In this document: one piece after another, positions 30,248 through 40,357 of the stretch
How the letters are laid out: the number at the start of each line of letters is the position of its first letter
How positions within the stretch are numbered: the first letter of the stretch is position 1
NCBI GenBank assembly: GCA_024699495.1
Contig: JAILPK010000036.1
Span: 36,566 to 100,565 of the forward strand
Direction of reading: 5' to 3'
DNA length: 64,000 nt
Origin: Bacteroidaceae bacterium
Lineage (GTDB): Bacteria; Bacteroidota; Bacteroidia; Bacteroidales; Bacteroidaceae
Program-made: the position numbers and the translations under genes
Notes under the pieces: model-generated
Seen by the model: the letters and a program-made list of their open reading frames with translations, nothing else
What the model was told of the DNA's origin: nothing
The model's database searches: none

Positions 30248-32875
30248 ATGAAAATTTACACAAAAACAGGCGATGCCGGTCAGACATCTCTCGTAGGCGG
30301 CAAACGTGTTAGCAAATGTTGCCCCCGTCTGGAAAGTTATGGCACGGTGGATGAACTCAATTCACACATCGGACTACTTATCACACTATGCAATGACGCA
30401 AAAGACCAGAAATTTCTGCTCGACACCCAGGGTAATCTGTTTGTGGTGGGCGGCTATCTGGCCACCGACAACTCTGAGCGGGAAGTGAGGGCCAACAATA
30501 TTGTCACAGAAGAGATGGTAAGGGATATAGAGATACAGACTGACAGGTTGCAGACGCTGGTGCCACCCCTGCGCCTGTTCGTGCTCCCTGGAGGCACCTA
30601 CGCTGCCGCACAGGCACACATCTGCCGCACAGTATGTCGCCGCGCCGAACGGGACATTCTGCGTCTGGTCGAGAGTGGAGCCGAAGTGGACGCTCAGGTG
30701 CTGGCATATATGAACCGCCTCAGTGATTACTTCTTCACGCTGGCACGCAAGCTCAACAGCGATGAGAAAGTGGAGGATATCGTATGGAAAAGGGTGGTAA
30801 CGATGATCGCGGCCGTGCTCTGCATCACGGGAGTTGCCGTAGGCCAGACTGAACATGACAGCATCCGGCAGACTACCCTCAACCCAGTGGTAATAACTGG
30901 CACCAACACATACCACAAGGCATCCGACTCCCCTGTAGCCGTAAAAGTGATTACCTCAAAAGAGCTTCAGGACGCAGGCGCCACGAATCTGCAGGACGCG
31001 CTGACAAGACTCACCACAAACATTACCACCCACACCAGCGGAATGGGAACTTTCGTGAATTTCAACGGCGTATCAGACGACTATATCCTTATCCTCGAAA
31101 ACGGCAAACGCGTGAGCGGCGACGACCGCTGGAACAGAATCAGCCTGGATAACGTGAAGCGAATTGAGGTGTTCAGTGGGGCTGCTTCTGCCCTCTATGG
31201 CTCGGATGCCATTGCCGGCGTTATAAACATCATCACAGACGACAGCCGCCGCGGCATATCTGCATCTGCTGCCACTCGCATGCGTAGCAAAGGGCGCATG
31301 GAGCAGGACGTGAACGTGGATGTAAACACTGGAATCTTCTCCTCTTACACCTCCTACAACCGGCGAGAAGCAGACAACTGGCAGGTGTCGAACCTTCAAG
31401 CCTTTACCGAGAAAGCAGCTGACGGCTCAGAGACAGAAGTGCTCAAACTCACAGGACGTCCGATGTCAGTAGGGTTCGGCAGTCACAACATTTCCGAACG
31501 TATGGAATGGCAGTTCTCTGACAAATGGTCAGCCTATATTCGCGGTAACTACTACGACTACCAGACACAACGGCCGCAGGCTGCAAGATATTTCTCCACC
31601 CCGAAAAAACAATCCGACGGCACATACAAATACACCTCTAAACAGGCATACAGCTACGATTTGCACCACCAATCATACTCCTATGGAGGAGGGGCACGAT
31701 GGAATCCGAACTCCAGGACACACATCTATCTCGATGTCTATGGCGACAACCTGCGCTCGCTCTATGACTATTGGCAGACCGACGACGAGGAGGCCTACGA
31801 CGAGATGCGCAAGCGAACCCGCTACTTCAATGAGACTCTGCGCGGTATCTTCCGTCTGAACAGCTGGAACAAGCTGTCTGCCGGAATGGAACTGACCCAG
31901 GAGAGCCTCACAAGCGAGAGCGATAACATCTCGGGAGAACACACCCAGACATATAACATATTCGCCCAGGATGAAATAGACATCTCATCGTGGTTGGAAG
32001 CAGTGGCAGGAGTCAGATACACTTATAACAATCTCTTCGGCTCGGCTGTTACACCCAATGCCGCGCTCTTCTTTCATTTCGGGGGCTTGCGCCTACGTGC
32101 AAGCTATTCTGGAGGATACCGAACCCCCACCCTGTCTCAGCTATATGCCACAGACCAGGCGAAAACAACATCCAGATACACTCTAAACAACACCTCACTC
32201 AACCCCGAGAAGAACGACTTCTGGCAGGTGAATGCAGAATACGCCAACTCTTGGATGAGCGTTTCTGTAGGCGGATTTGTGAACAAAATCCGGGATATGA
32301 TAAACTATCGAACCATGACAGACGCCGAAATTTCTTCCGACAACCACCTCTCTGCCCTTCAGGCTGAGGGATGGACTACCATCCGACAGCGCGACAACAT
32401 CGACCGCGCCCGACTGCGCGGAATCAACACCAGCCTGAAATTCATGTTCCCCTTCGGCCTTACCATAGGCGGAGGATACACCATGACAGACTCCAGAGCC
32501 GAAACTCAGACACTGAACGCTTCTACCCAGACTTATGAGATAAAGAGCACGCCGGTGGATAAATGCGTGCGCAACGTGGGGCACGTTCAGGCCTCGTATG
32601 ACAAGACTTGGAAACGCTACCATCTGAACGTCAACGTAAACGGGCACATGCAGGGCGAACGCTATAGCAGCACTTACGGCTATGCAGACGGTTTCAGCCA
32701 ATGGGACCTGACCACACGCCACACCATAACCCTACCGAAATTCATCTTGGAACCGGGCATAGGCGTGGAGAACATATTCAACAGCCGTGACACTTCCTAC
32801 TGGAATTCCAACTTCTCAACTATAAACCCGGGCCGATCAGTGATTGTGAGCCTCGCACTGCGATTCAGACAATAA
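30248..32875 (+). CDS. pduO: Single ORF with two parts: a PduO-type ATP:cob(I)alamin adenosyltransferase (about 30248-30793) running with no stop into a TonB-dependent receptor (signal peptide from about 30794/30803)
   Basis: MKIYTKTGDAGQTSLVGG...YMNRLSDYFFTLARKL is PduO-type. After ...DIVWKR comes VVTMIAAVLCITGVAVGQ plus a TonB plug (VVITGT..., ILENGKRV, ALYGSDAIAGVINIITDD) and a barrel. There is no stop codon between the two parts. Confidence 0.7.
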   Translation: MKIYTKTGDAGQTSLVGGKRVSKCCPRLESYGTVDELNSHIGLLITLCNDAKDQKFLLDTQGNLFVVGGYLATDNSEREVRANNIVTEEMVRDIEIQTDRLQTLVPPLRLFVLPGGTYAAAQAHICRTVCRRAERDILRLVESGAEVDAQVLAYMNRLSDYFFTLARKLNSDEKVEDIVWKRVVTMIAAVLCITGVAVGQTEHDSIRQTTLNPVVITGTNTYHKASDSPVAVKVITSKELQDAGATNLQDALTRLTTNITTHTSGMGTFVNFNGVSDDYILILENGKRVSGDDRWNRISLDNVKRIEVFSGAASALYGSDAIAGVINIITDDSRRGISASAATRMRSKGRMEQDVNVDVNTGIFSSYTSYNRREADNWQVSNLQAFTEKAADGSETEVLKLTGRPMSVGFGSHNISERMEWQFSDKWSAYIRGNYYDYQTQRPQAARYFSTPKKQSDGTYKYTSKQAYSYDLHHQSYSYGGGARWNPNSRTHIYLDVYGDNLRSLYDYWQTDDEEAYDEMRKRTRYFNETLRGIFRLNSWNKLSAGMELTQESLTSESDNISGEHTQTYNIFAQDEIDISSWLEAVAGVRYTYNNLFGSAVTPNAALFFHFGGLRLRASYSGGYRTPTLSQLYATDQAKTTSRYTLNNTSLNPEKNDFWQVNAEYANSWMSVSVGGFVNKIRDMINYRTMTDAEISSDNHLSALQAEGWTTIRQRDNIDRARLRGINTSLKFMFPFGLTIGGGYTMTDSRAETQTLNASTQTYEIKSTPVDKCVRNVGHVQASYDKTWKRYHLNVNVNGHMQGERYSSTYGYADGFSQWDLTTRHTITLPKFILEPGIGVENIFNSRDTSYWNSNFSTINPGRSVIVSLALRFRQ

Positions 32876-32888
32876 ACACAAGACAGAA

Positions 32889-34298
32889 ATGGGCAAAATA
32901 TTTGTTGCCGGTTTGGGACCGGGTTCTCCAGAAGACTTCACGGCGGCGGTCATTAAAGCCATCGGCGAGAGCGACGTAATTGTTGGGTATAAATACTACT
33001 TCCAATTCATAACACCATACTTGCGTCCAGGCACCGAATGCATTGACACAGGAATGAAACGCGAACGTGAACGCGCAGCTCAGGCCTTCTCCATGGCCAA
33101 GGAGGGCAAGACGGTATGCGTCATCTCCAGCGGCGACGCCGGCATATATGGCATGGCCCCGCTGCTGTTCGAGATGCGTGCAGAATTGGGAGCTGACAAC
33201 ATAGACATCATAAGCCTGCCCGGCATCAGCGCGTTCCAAAAGGCCGCATCTCTGCTCGGAGCGCCCATCGGGCACGACTTCTGCGTAATTTCCCTAAGCG
33301 ACCTGATGACCTCATGGAGCGTGATTGAGAAGCGCATCACGGCAGCAGCAACGGCCGACTTTGTAACAGCTGTATATAACCCTCGCAGCAGCGGTCGCTA
33401 CTGGCAATTAAACCGTCTGCAGGAGATTTTCTTGGAGAACCGCAGCGGCGACACCCCCGTGGGATTTGTGCGTCAGGCCGGCCGTGACGAGCAGTCTGTG
33501 CATACCACAACTCTCAGAGACTTCAATCCCGAAGAGATTGACATGTTCACCATAGTCATCATCGGCAACAGTCAGTCGTATTTTAAAGACGGATGTCTCA
33601 TCACACCTCGCGGTTACTACTCCGATAAAAAAACCGAAAGAGAGAACTTTTCACCCGGAGCGTCGATTATGATGCAGTCGTTCCAGACCATCATGGGTGA
33701 ACTGAAACGACAGGACTACCCGCTTTGGCACTTGTGGCCACTGCTACACGCTGTGCACACCACAGCTGACTTCGAGATGGAAAACCTGCTGTGGATGACA
33801 CCCCAAGCCACAGCCCTACTGTTTAGTAAAGTGGCTGGAGGTGCTCTGAAAACCATAGTAACAGATGTAACTATGGTGGCCAGCGGCATCCGCAAGGGAG
33901 CGCTGGGACGGCTCGGAATCGATGTGGTATGCTATATCAATGATGAGCGCGTTGTGGCTATGGCAAAAGAGCAGGGAATCACACGTGCGCAGGCATCCAT
34001 GCGCCTCGCTGCCAAAGAGCATCCAGAGGCCCTCTTTGCCATCGGGAATGCTCCCACAGCCCTGCTCGAGCTGTGCGACCTGGTACGTCACTCCAAATGC
34101 CGGCCAGTGGGCATAGTAGGTGCCCCAGTTGGATTTGTGCATGTAGAAGAGAGCAAACACGCCCTGAAAACCCTAAAAGACATACCTCAGATTATCATCA
34201 GAGGTCGTAAGGGAGGCAGCAACCTCGCTGCAACCCTCGTGAACAGCATTCTCACCTTCGATGACGCCGAGGCGCTCCGCCCGGGACGGGATGTATAA
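32889..34298 (+). CDS. cbiH: Fusion of cobalt-precorrin-3 C17-methyltransferase and precorrin-8X methylmutase (CbiH-CbiC)
   Basis: The N-terminus GKIFVAGLGPGSPEDFT...ISSGDAGIYGMA is a CbiH/CobJ methylase. The C-terminus NAPTALLELCDL...GAPVGFV is CbiC/CobH. Confidence 0.85.
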   Translation: MGKIFVAGLGPGSPEDFTAAVIKAIGESDVIVGYKYYFQFITPYLRPGTECIDTGMKRERERAAQAFSMAKEGKTVCVISSGDAGIYGMAPLLFEMRAELGADNIDIISLPGISAFQKAASLLGAPIGHDFCVISLSDLMTSWSVIEKRITAAATADFVTAVYNPRSSGRYWQLNRLQEIFLENRSGDTPVGFVRQAGRDEQSVHTTTLRDFNPEEIDMFTIVIIGNSQSYFKDGCLITPRGYYSDKKTERENFSPGASIMMQSFQTIMGELKRQDYPLWHLWPLLHAVHTTADFEMENLLWMTPQATALLFSKVAGGALKTIVTDVTMVASGIRKGALGRLGIDVVCYINDERVVAMAKEQGITRAQASMRLAAKEHPEALFAIGNAPTALLELCDLVRHSKCRPVGIVGAPVGFVHVEESKHALKTLKDIPQIIIRGRKGGSNLAATLVNSILTFDDAEALRPGRDV

Positions 34299-34345
34299 AT
34301 TGAGTTTCCCATAAACAAGGTTAAAGACTTAAAGCCTATAGCAAA

Positions 34346-35614
34346 ATGTTCCAAGGAGAATGTATAATAATCGGAATCAGCGATAGCCGCAGACAATGGC
34401 TCTCCCCCGAGGTGGAAACAGTCATTGCACGCGGGCACCTCTTCTCGGGCGGGAGACGCCATCGTGAAATTATGGCCGGACATCTCCCTGACAACTACGA
34501 ATGGATAGATATCACGGTCCCGATTGCCGACGTCTTCAGACAATATGAAAAAGTCCTGAACATGGAAATAACCGGCAATAAAGGGGCCGAAGACTCCGAA
34601 GCCTCATCCACAAATAATAGGCAAGCAGGAAACCAGAACAGTCAGGGCATCATCATCTTTGCCTCTGGAGACCCGCTCTTCTATGGTTTTGCTGCAACTG
34701 TGATGCGCGAATGGCCTAAATGTAAGCTGAGAGTTTACCCCTCGTTCAATTCGCTGCAGACTCTCGCCCACCGAATGCATCTCCCCTATCAGGACATGCG
34801 CGTGGTGTCGCTCACAGGACGGCCATGGGATAAGTTTGACGAGGCAATAATCAATCAGGAACAACTCATAGGCTGCCTCACCGATCATGTGAAGACCCCG
34901 CAAGCCATCAGCAAGCGAATGGCTGAATATGGGTATGACAATTATGAGATGACAGTTGGAGAAAATCTTGGCAACGAAACTGAGGAGAGAGTAACACGCT
35001 ATGCAGAGGGACGCTCCTATTCCACACCCAACTGCGTAATACTGCGCCGCACCGCTCTGCACCCGCGGCCATTCGGCATACCCGAACAGTCGTTCCATCT
35101 TCTCGACGGACGCGAACGGATGATAACGAAAATGCCCGTCCGCCTGCTCTCGCTCTCCATGCTTGAATTGCACAACAGACACTCTCTATGGGACATCGGA
35201 TTCTGTACTGGAAGCATAAGCATCGAGGCTAAACTGCAATTTCCTCACTTGAAAATAACCGCTTTCGAAGTGCGCCCCGAGGGACTTCAACTGATGGAAG
35301 CTAACGCCAGGCAGTTCGGGACGCCGGGAATCACGGCCGTATGCGGAGATTTCCTCGACGCCGACCTTACCCCCTATGCCCAACCCGACGCCGTGTTCAT
35401 AGGCGGCCACGGCGGACGTCTGAAAGAAATAATGGCGAAGGTTCTCACCGCGCTCACCCCCGACGGCTGCATGGTGATGAACAGTGTTTCTGTTCAGAGC
35501 AGGGAGATGTTCAGCGATGCTTGCCGCGAACTGGGGCTGAATATGCAACCTCCCACGCGCATCGCCATCAACGATTATAATCCTATAGAAATACTTAAAT
35601 GCAACAGAAAATAG
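34346..35614 (+). CDS. cbiET: Cobalt-precorrin-6B/7 methyltransferase-decarboxylase fusion (CbiE-CbiT, CobL-like)
   Basis: IIIFASGDPLFYGF (CbiE) followed by ITKMPVRLLSLSMLEL...LWDIGFCTGSISIEA (CbiT SAM-methyltransferase). Confidence 0.85.
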   Translation: MFQGECIIIGISDSRRQWLSPEVETVIARGHLFSGGRRHREIMAGHLPDNYEWIDITVPIADVFRQYEKVLNMEITGNKGAEDSEASSTNNRQAGNQNSQGIIIFASGDPLFYGFAATVMREWPKCKLRVYPSFNSLQTLAHRMHLPYQDMRVVSLTGRPWDKFDEAIINQEQLIGCLTDHVKTPQAISKRMAEYGYDNYEMTVGENLGNETEERVTRYAEGRSYSTPNCVILRRTALHPRPFGIPEQSFHLLDGRERMITKMPVRLLSLSMLELHNRHSLWDIGFCTGSISIEAKLQFPHLKITAFEVRPEGLQLMEANARQFGTPGITAVCGDFLDADLTPYAQPDAVFIGGHGGRLKEIMAKVLTALTPDGCMVMNSVSVQSREMFSDACRELGLNMQPPTRIAINDYNPIEILKCNRK

Positions 35615-37512
35615 GCATTATAGCCATCAATAACACAGGCAGCAGCCTCGCTGAAAAGCTCCGTCGGGAGCTGGGGGCTGAAATCATAAGCCGCGACGAG
35701 GTCGGCAGACTATGGGCAACCACCGATGCCTTCATCTTCATCGGAGCGCTTGGAATCTGCGTCCGCTCGATTGCTCCCTATGTGAAAGACAAACACACAG
35801 ACCCCGCAGTGGTGTGCGTTGACAGCATGGGGATGAACGCCATATCTGTCTTATCTGGCCATATAGGGGGCGCAAACAGTCTGACCCAGGCCATCGCTGA
35901 AATCACCGGCTCACGCCCAGTAATAACCACCCAAAGCGACAATGCCGGCCTTTGGGCTTTGGACACTTTAGACAGACAATTCGGGTGGAATATAGCCAGC
36001 GACAAAGATGATATGAACAACTGCATCTTTACCTTTGTCAACCGCGAACCGACCGCCTTGCTCATTGAAGCAAGGGACCGCGGCACTGACCATCTGCTGC
36101 AGACTCTTCCCCCACACGTGACCCTGATTAGCGACATCCGTCAGGCGGATGCTAAGCGGTTCCAACTGCTTATCATCATCTCGCCTTACCTGCGACAGGC
36201 TCCAGAAGCAATGCACGTGATACACTATGTGCCAATGGTAGGAACCATAGGTTTTGGCCTCGCGCATCACCCAGACGACTACGAAAGTATCTTTGACAAG
36301 ATGAACAGTATGCTGCGCGACAATGGCGTTCTGCCCTGCGCCCTCAACTACTGCACCATAGACGTGAAGCGCGACGAGGAGTTCGTAGAACTTCTGCAGA
36401 CGCGTTATCACAAGCAGGTGGAGTTCTTCTCTGCTGAAGCCCTCTCCGCAGTGGAGGTCCCCACACCCAGCGTCACAGTTGAAAAACACGTTGGAACGCC
36501 CAGCGTATGCGAGGCGGCAGCCATCCTCGGCTCCGGTCACGGCCGGCTAATAGTTCCAAAGCTAAAAGGAAAAACATTCACTATAGCCCTTGCCATCTCT
36601 ACCTCTCACCTGCCGGCAGTAAGCCCCATTCCAGAGGCAGGAAAAGCCGCAGTAAGTGCAGAGAACACCGATATCAGCACAGATATCCATAATACCGCAG
36701 ACAATGCTGTCTCAGAGGAAGCAGGCTACACTAAGGCAGAAATCTGCAGGCGTCCACACATAGAGATCGTTGGGGCCGGACCTGGAGACCCCGACCTCAT
36801 CAGCGTCCGAGGCCGCAAATATCTGGAAGAAGCCGATCTGATTCTCTATGCTGGCAGTCTGGTTCCACGTGAGCTGACCCACTGCGCCAAACCAGGAGCA
36901 ACCATACGCAGTAGTGCTGACATGGATCTCGAAGAGCAGTTTTCCCTGATGAAAGAATACTATGACCGAGGGCTGCTCGTGGTCCGCCTTCACACCGGTG
37001 ACCCCTGCATCTATGGAGCTATTCAAGAGCAGATGGCTTTCTTCGACGCCCATAATATGAGCTATCATATCACACCGGGCATCAGCAGTTTCCTCGCTGC
37101 AGCAGCCGAATTGCGCAGCCAGTTCACTATTCCTGAACGCTGTCAGACCATAATCCTCACCCGAGGCGAAGGCCGCACGCCGACTCCGGAACGCGAGCAA
37201 CTCCGCCTGCTGGCCGCCCACCGCAGCACAATGTGCATCTTCCTCTCCGCATCGCTGGCCGAACAGGTGCAGACAGAACTGCTAGCCGGAGGATACCCGC
37301 CGGAAACGCCAGTGGCCGCATGTTACAAACTGACATGGAAAGAACAGCGCATCTGTCGCGGACAACTGAAAGACCTCGCTGCCATGATACGCGAAAACGC
37401 ACTCACACTCACCACGATGATCGTGGTCGGAGACGCCATAGACAACAGAGCAGGAGTCAGCCGGCTCTATGATTCCAAATTCACCCATCTCTTCCGTAAA
37501 GGTAAAGAATGA
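35599..37512 (+). CDS. cbiGF: Fusion of cobalt-precorrin-5A hydrolase and cobalt-precorrin-4 C11-methyltransferase (CbiG-CbiF)
   Basis: The N-terminal domains are CbiG-like. The C-terminus IEIVGAGPGDPDLISVRG...RLHTGDPCIYGAIQEQ...ITPGISSF is CbiF/CobM. Confidence 0.85.
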   Translation: MQQKIGIIAINNTGSSLAEKLRRELGAEIISRDEVGRLWATTDAFIFIGALGICVRSIAPYVKDKHTDPAVVCVDSMGMNAISVLSGHIGGANSLTQAIAEITGSRPVITTQSDNAGLWALDTLDRQFGWNIASDKDDMNNCIFTFVNREPTALLIEARDRGTDHLLQTLPPHVTLISDIRQADAKRFQLLIIISPYLRQAPEAMHVIHYVPMVGTIGFGLAHHPDDYESIFDKMNSMLRDNGVLPCALNYCTIDVKRDEEFVELLQTRYHKQVEFFSAEALSAVEVPTPSVTVEKHVGTPSVCEAAAILGSGHGRLIVPKLKGKTFTIALAISTSHLPAVSPIPEAGKAAVSAENTDISTDIHNTADNAVSEEAGYTKAEICRRPHIEIVGAGPGDPDLISVRGRKYLEEADLILYAGSLVPRELTHCAKPGATIRSSADMDLEEQFSLMKEYYDRGLLVVRLHTGDPCIYGAIQEQMAFFDAHNMSYHITPGISSFLAAAAELRSQFTIPERCQTIILTRGEGRTPTPEREQLRLLAAHRSTMCIFLSASLAEQVQTELLAGGYPPETPVAACYKLTWKEQRICRGQLKDLAAMIRENALTLTTMIVVGDAIDNRAGVSRLYDSKFTHLFRKGKE

Positions 37513-39266
37513 TACTTATATTCGGAGGCACCACAGAGGGCCGGCTCGCAGCCGACGTATGCGAACAGGCCGGCAAGACGTTCTTCTATTCCACGAAGAG
37601 CACCATGCAGAATATCCAACTGCATCACGGCCGGCGGCTGTGCGGGGCTATGAATGCATCCGAAATCGAACTCTTCTGCAAGCAAAATGGAATCGAAGTG
37701 GTCATTGATGCCGCACACCCCTTCGCTGCCGAACTGCACAAAGCCATAGCAGGGCTGAAGCTGCCCGTGATCAGGTTGCAGCGCAACATGCCTGACATCG
37801 GCAGCGATGCAATAGTTTGCGCAGACTGGTCTGAAGCACTCTTCAGACTGCAAACCGACAGCCCGCGATGCCTGCTCGCCCTAACAGGAGTGAACACTAT
37901 CGAACGGTTGCGCCCATATTGGGTCAACCATGAGACTTACTTCCGCATCCTGAACCGCGACGAAAGCCTGACTAAAGCCGCAGCCCAGGATTTCCCTTAC
38001 AGCCGCTTGCTCTTCTACAATGACGACATGGCGTTACCGACGAAGGATTCTGAAGCTACTCTGATGCGGCAGACAGGATGCGATGCTGTCATAACCAAGA
38101 TGAGCGGCGAGAGCGGCGGACTAAGCGCTAAACTGGAAGCAGCCCGCGAACTCGGCATTCGTATTTATGTCGTGATGCCCCAGCCGACACCTGCCGTATG
38201 GACCTATGTCACTGGCAAATATGGATTGCGCCGGGCGATCGAACAGATTCTGCCCTCTTTCTTTCCTCTGCGCACAGGTCTGACCACAGGAGCATGCGCC
38301 ACAGCCGCCGTAAGCGCGGCCATGCAATCACTACTCTTCGGCCAACAGCCAGAAGAGGCGCGATTCGCTCTACCCGATGGCGAAATTCTCTCTGTGCCCG
38401 TAGTCACTGAAGCGGGCGGGACTGCCACTGTAATAAAAGACCATAGCGATGATCCCGATGTGACCCGCGGCTGCCGAATTACTGCTCATGTGTCCTTCTC
38501 TCCCACTGCGGGCTCCGGCATACGGTTTCTCCAAGGGGAAGGCGTCGGGCGCGTCACCTTGCCCGGACTTGGAATCCAAGTGGGCGAACCCGCCATCAAC
38601 CCGACCCCGCGTAAGATGATGGAAGACACGGTCCGAGCCCTTACCGCCCGCGACATAGACATCACTATCTCTGTAGCTGGCGGCGAGGCTCTCGCCGAAC
38701 GAACCTTCAACCACAAAGTAGGTGTCGTAGGCGGGATAAGCATCATAGGCACATCGGGAATAGTTTCTCCATTGAGCAACGAAGCATTCGTTACCAGCAT
38801 AGGCAGAGAGCTGGAGGTGGCCCGCGCCATAGGATGCGATGCCGTAGGACTGGCGTCGGGCAAGCGAGGCGAACTGGCTCTGCTCAAATCTGACCCAACC
38901 TGCCGGGTAATCCACTATGGGAATTTCATCGGCGCCGCCCTGAGCAAAGCACACCAACTGGGCTTCCGGCGTGTCACAGTAGGCATCCTCATAGGCAAGG
39001 CCGTAAAACTCGCCGAAGGACATCTCGATACCCACTCTCATAAAGTGGAGATGAACAGAGAATTCCTCTGCCGCGTAGCTGAAGATGCGGGAGTTAGAGA
39101 TGCAGAAACAAAAATAAAAAGTATCACGATGGCACGAGAGCTCTGGGACATCATGCCCCAGTCCTTCTTCGAGCACATCCGGCAGCTCTGTCTGAAATAT
39201 TGCCGGAGCGTATTTCCTGACAACGAACTACAAATAAATCTGATATGCGACAACCAGGCATCATGA
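37509..39266 (+). CDS. cbiJD: Fusion of cobalt-precorrin-6A reductase and cobalt-precorrin-5B C1-methyltransferase (CbiJ-CbiD)
   Basis: MILIFGGTTEGR (CbiJ/CobK) followed by LRTGLTTGACATAA...GIVSPLS (CbiD). The start overlaps the cbiGF stop as ATGA. Confidence 0.85.
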   Translation: MILIFGGTTEGRLAADVCEQAGKTFFYSTKSTMQNIQLHHGRRLCGAMNASEIELFCKQNGIEVVIDAAHPFAAELHKAIAGLKLPVIRLQRNMPDIGSDAIVCADWSEALFRLQTDSPRCLLALTGVNTIERLRPYWVNHETYFRILNRDESLTKAAAQDFPYSRLLFYNDDMALPTKDSEATLMRQTGCDAVITKMSGESGGLSAKLEAARELGIRIYVVMPQPTPAVWTYVTGKYGLRRAIEQILPSFFPLRTGLTTGACATAAVSAAMQSLLFGQQPEEARFALPDGEILSVPVVTEAGGTATVIKDHSDDPDVTRGCRITAHVSFSPTAGSGIRFLQGEGVGRVTLPGLGIQVGEPAINPTPRKMMEDTVRALTARDIDITISVAGGEALAERTFNHKVGVVGGISIIGTSGIVSPLSNEAFVTSIGRELEVARAIGCDAVGLASGKRGELALLKSDPTCRVIHYGNFIGAALSKAHQLGFRRVTVGILIGKAVKLAEGHLDTHSHKVEMNREFLCRVAEDAGVRDAETKIKSITMARELWDIMPQSFFEHIRQLCLKYCRSVFPDNELQINLICDNQAS

Positions 39267-40255
39267 TTCTGCTCTTGCTGAGCATCCCCGTCCTCGCTCT
39301 CATCAACCTCGCCGTAGGGTCTGTTCCCATTCCTGTCAGCGAGGTGGCAGAAATACTGCTCGGAGGCAATGGCACAAATGAAATAAACACCACTATACTC
39401 CTGCAGACACGACTGCCGCAGACCCTCACTGCCATCTTCTGCGGAGCGGGGCTCGCAGCCGCAGGACTGCAGATGCAAACGGTATTCCACAACCCGCTGG
39501 CCGGGCCTTCAGTGCTCGGCATAAGCAGCGCAGCCAGCCTCGGTGTGGCACTCATCGTCTTAGCCAACGGAGCGCTTGGCGGTGTCCTCCTCTCAGGCTT
39601 CGGAGTATATGGCAACACAGCCATAACCCTCGCCGCCATAATCGGAGCGCTGTCAGTAATGAGCCTCATCGTCTGGCTGTCGCAGCGCGTAGATGGCAAC
39701 GCCACCCTGCTCATAGTCGGCGTTCTGATTGGTTACATTGCCTCTGCCATCATCGGCGTCCTGAAATATATCTCTTCGGAGGAGGATGTCCATCAGTTCG
39801 TGATTTGGGGACTTGGCTCTTTCGCACGTGTCAGCGGCGGTCAGGTATATGTCTTCGTAGGAATAATGTCTGTTCTGCTCCCTTTGACGCTCCTTTTGGC
39901 CAAGCCTCTCAATATGCTTCTTATCGGAGAACAATATGCCACTAACCTCGGACTGAATGTGCGACGTGCGCGAATGCTTATAATCGCTTCTGCAGGTATC
40001 CTGACCGCAGTTGCCACAGCCTATTGCGGCCCGATAATGTTCCTCGGTCTAGCTGTGCCTCACATAGCAAGAGGGCTGCTTGCCACAGAGGACCACCGCC
40101 GGCTGCTCCCCACCACAATCCTCGCAGGAGCATCACTCGCCCTGATATGCAACCTCATTGCCCGGATGCCAGGCTTCGAAGGTGCTCTGCCTATCAACTC
40201 GGTCACAGCACTCATCGGTGCGCCGATCGCAATATGGGTCCTGCTAAAGAAATAA
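39245..40255 (+). CDS. btuC: FecCD/BtuC-family ABC transporter permease
   Basis: About nine TM segments and FecCD-like motifs (LLIGEQYATNLGLNV, GPIMFLGLAVPHIAR). An alternative ATG at 39263 would overlap the cbiJD stop as ATGA. Confidence 0.8.
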   Translation: MRQPGIMILLLLSIPVLALINLAVGSVPIPVSEVAEILLGGNGTNEINTTILLQTRLPQTLTAIFCGAGLAAAGLQMQTVFHNPLAGPSVLGISSAASLGVALIVLANGALGGVLLSGFGVYGNTAITLAAIIGALSVMSLIVWLSQRVDGNATLLIVGVLIGYIASAIIGVLKYISSEEDVHQFVIWGLGSFARVSGGQVYVFVGIMSVLLPLTLLLAKPLNMLLIGEQYATNLGLNVRRARMLIIASAGILTAVATAYCGPIMFLGLAVPHIARGLLATEDHRRLLPTTILAGASLALICNLIARMPGFEGALPINSVTALIGAPIAIWVLLKK

Positions 40256-40357
40256 GGCTCGCCCGTAAGTTTTCGAAACTCGTTTCTGTATTATCTCTGC
40301 GCAGTAGCCTCACGGACATACCAGCCCGTTTAACCCCCAAAAAAACAAATACTCATC

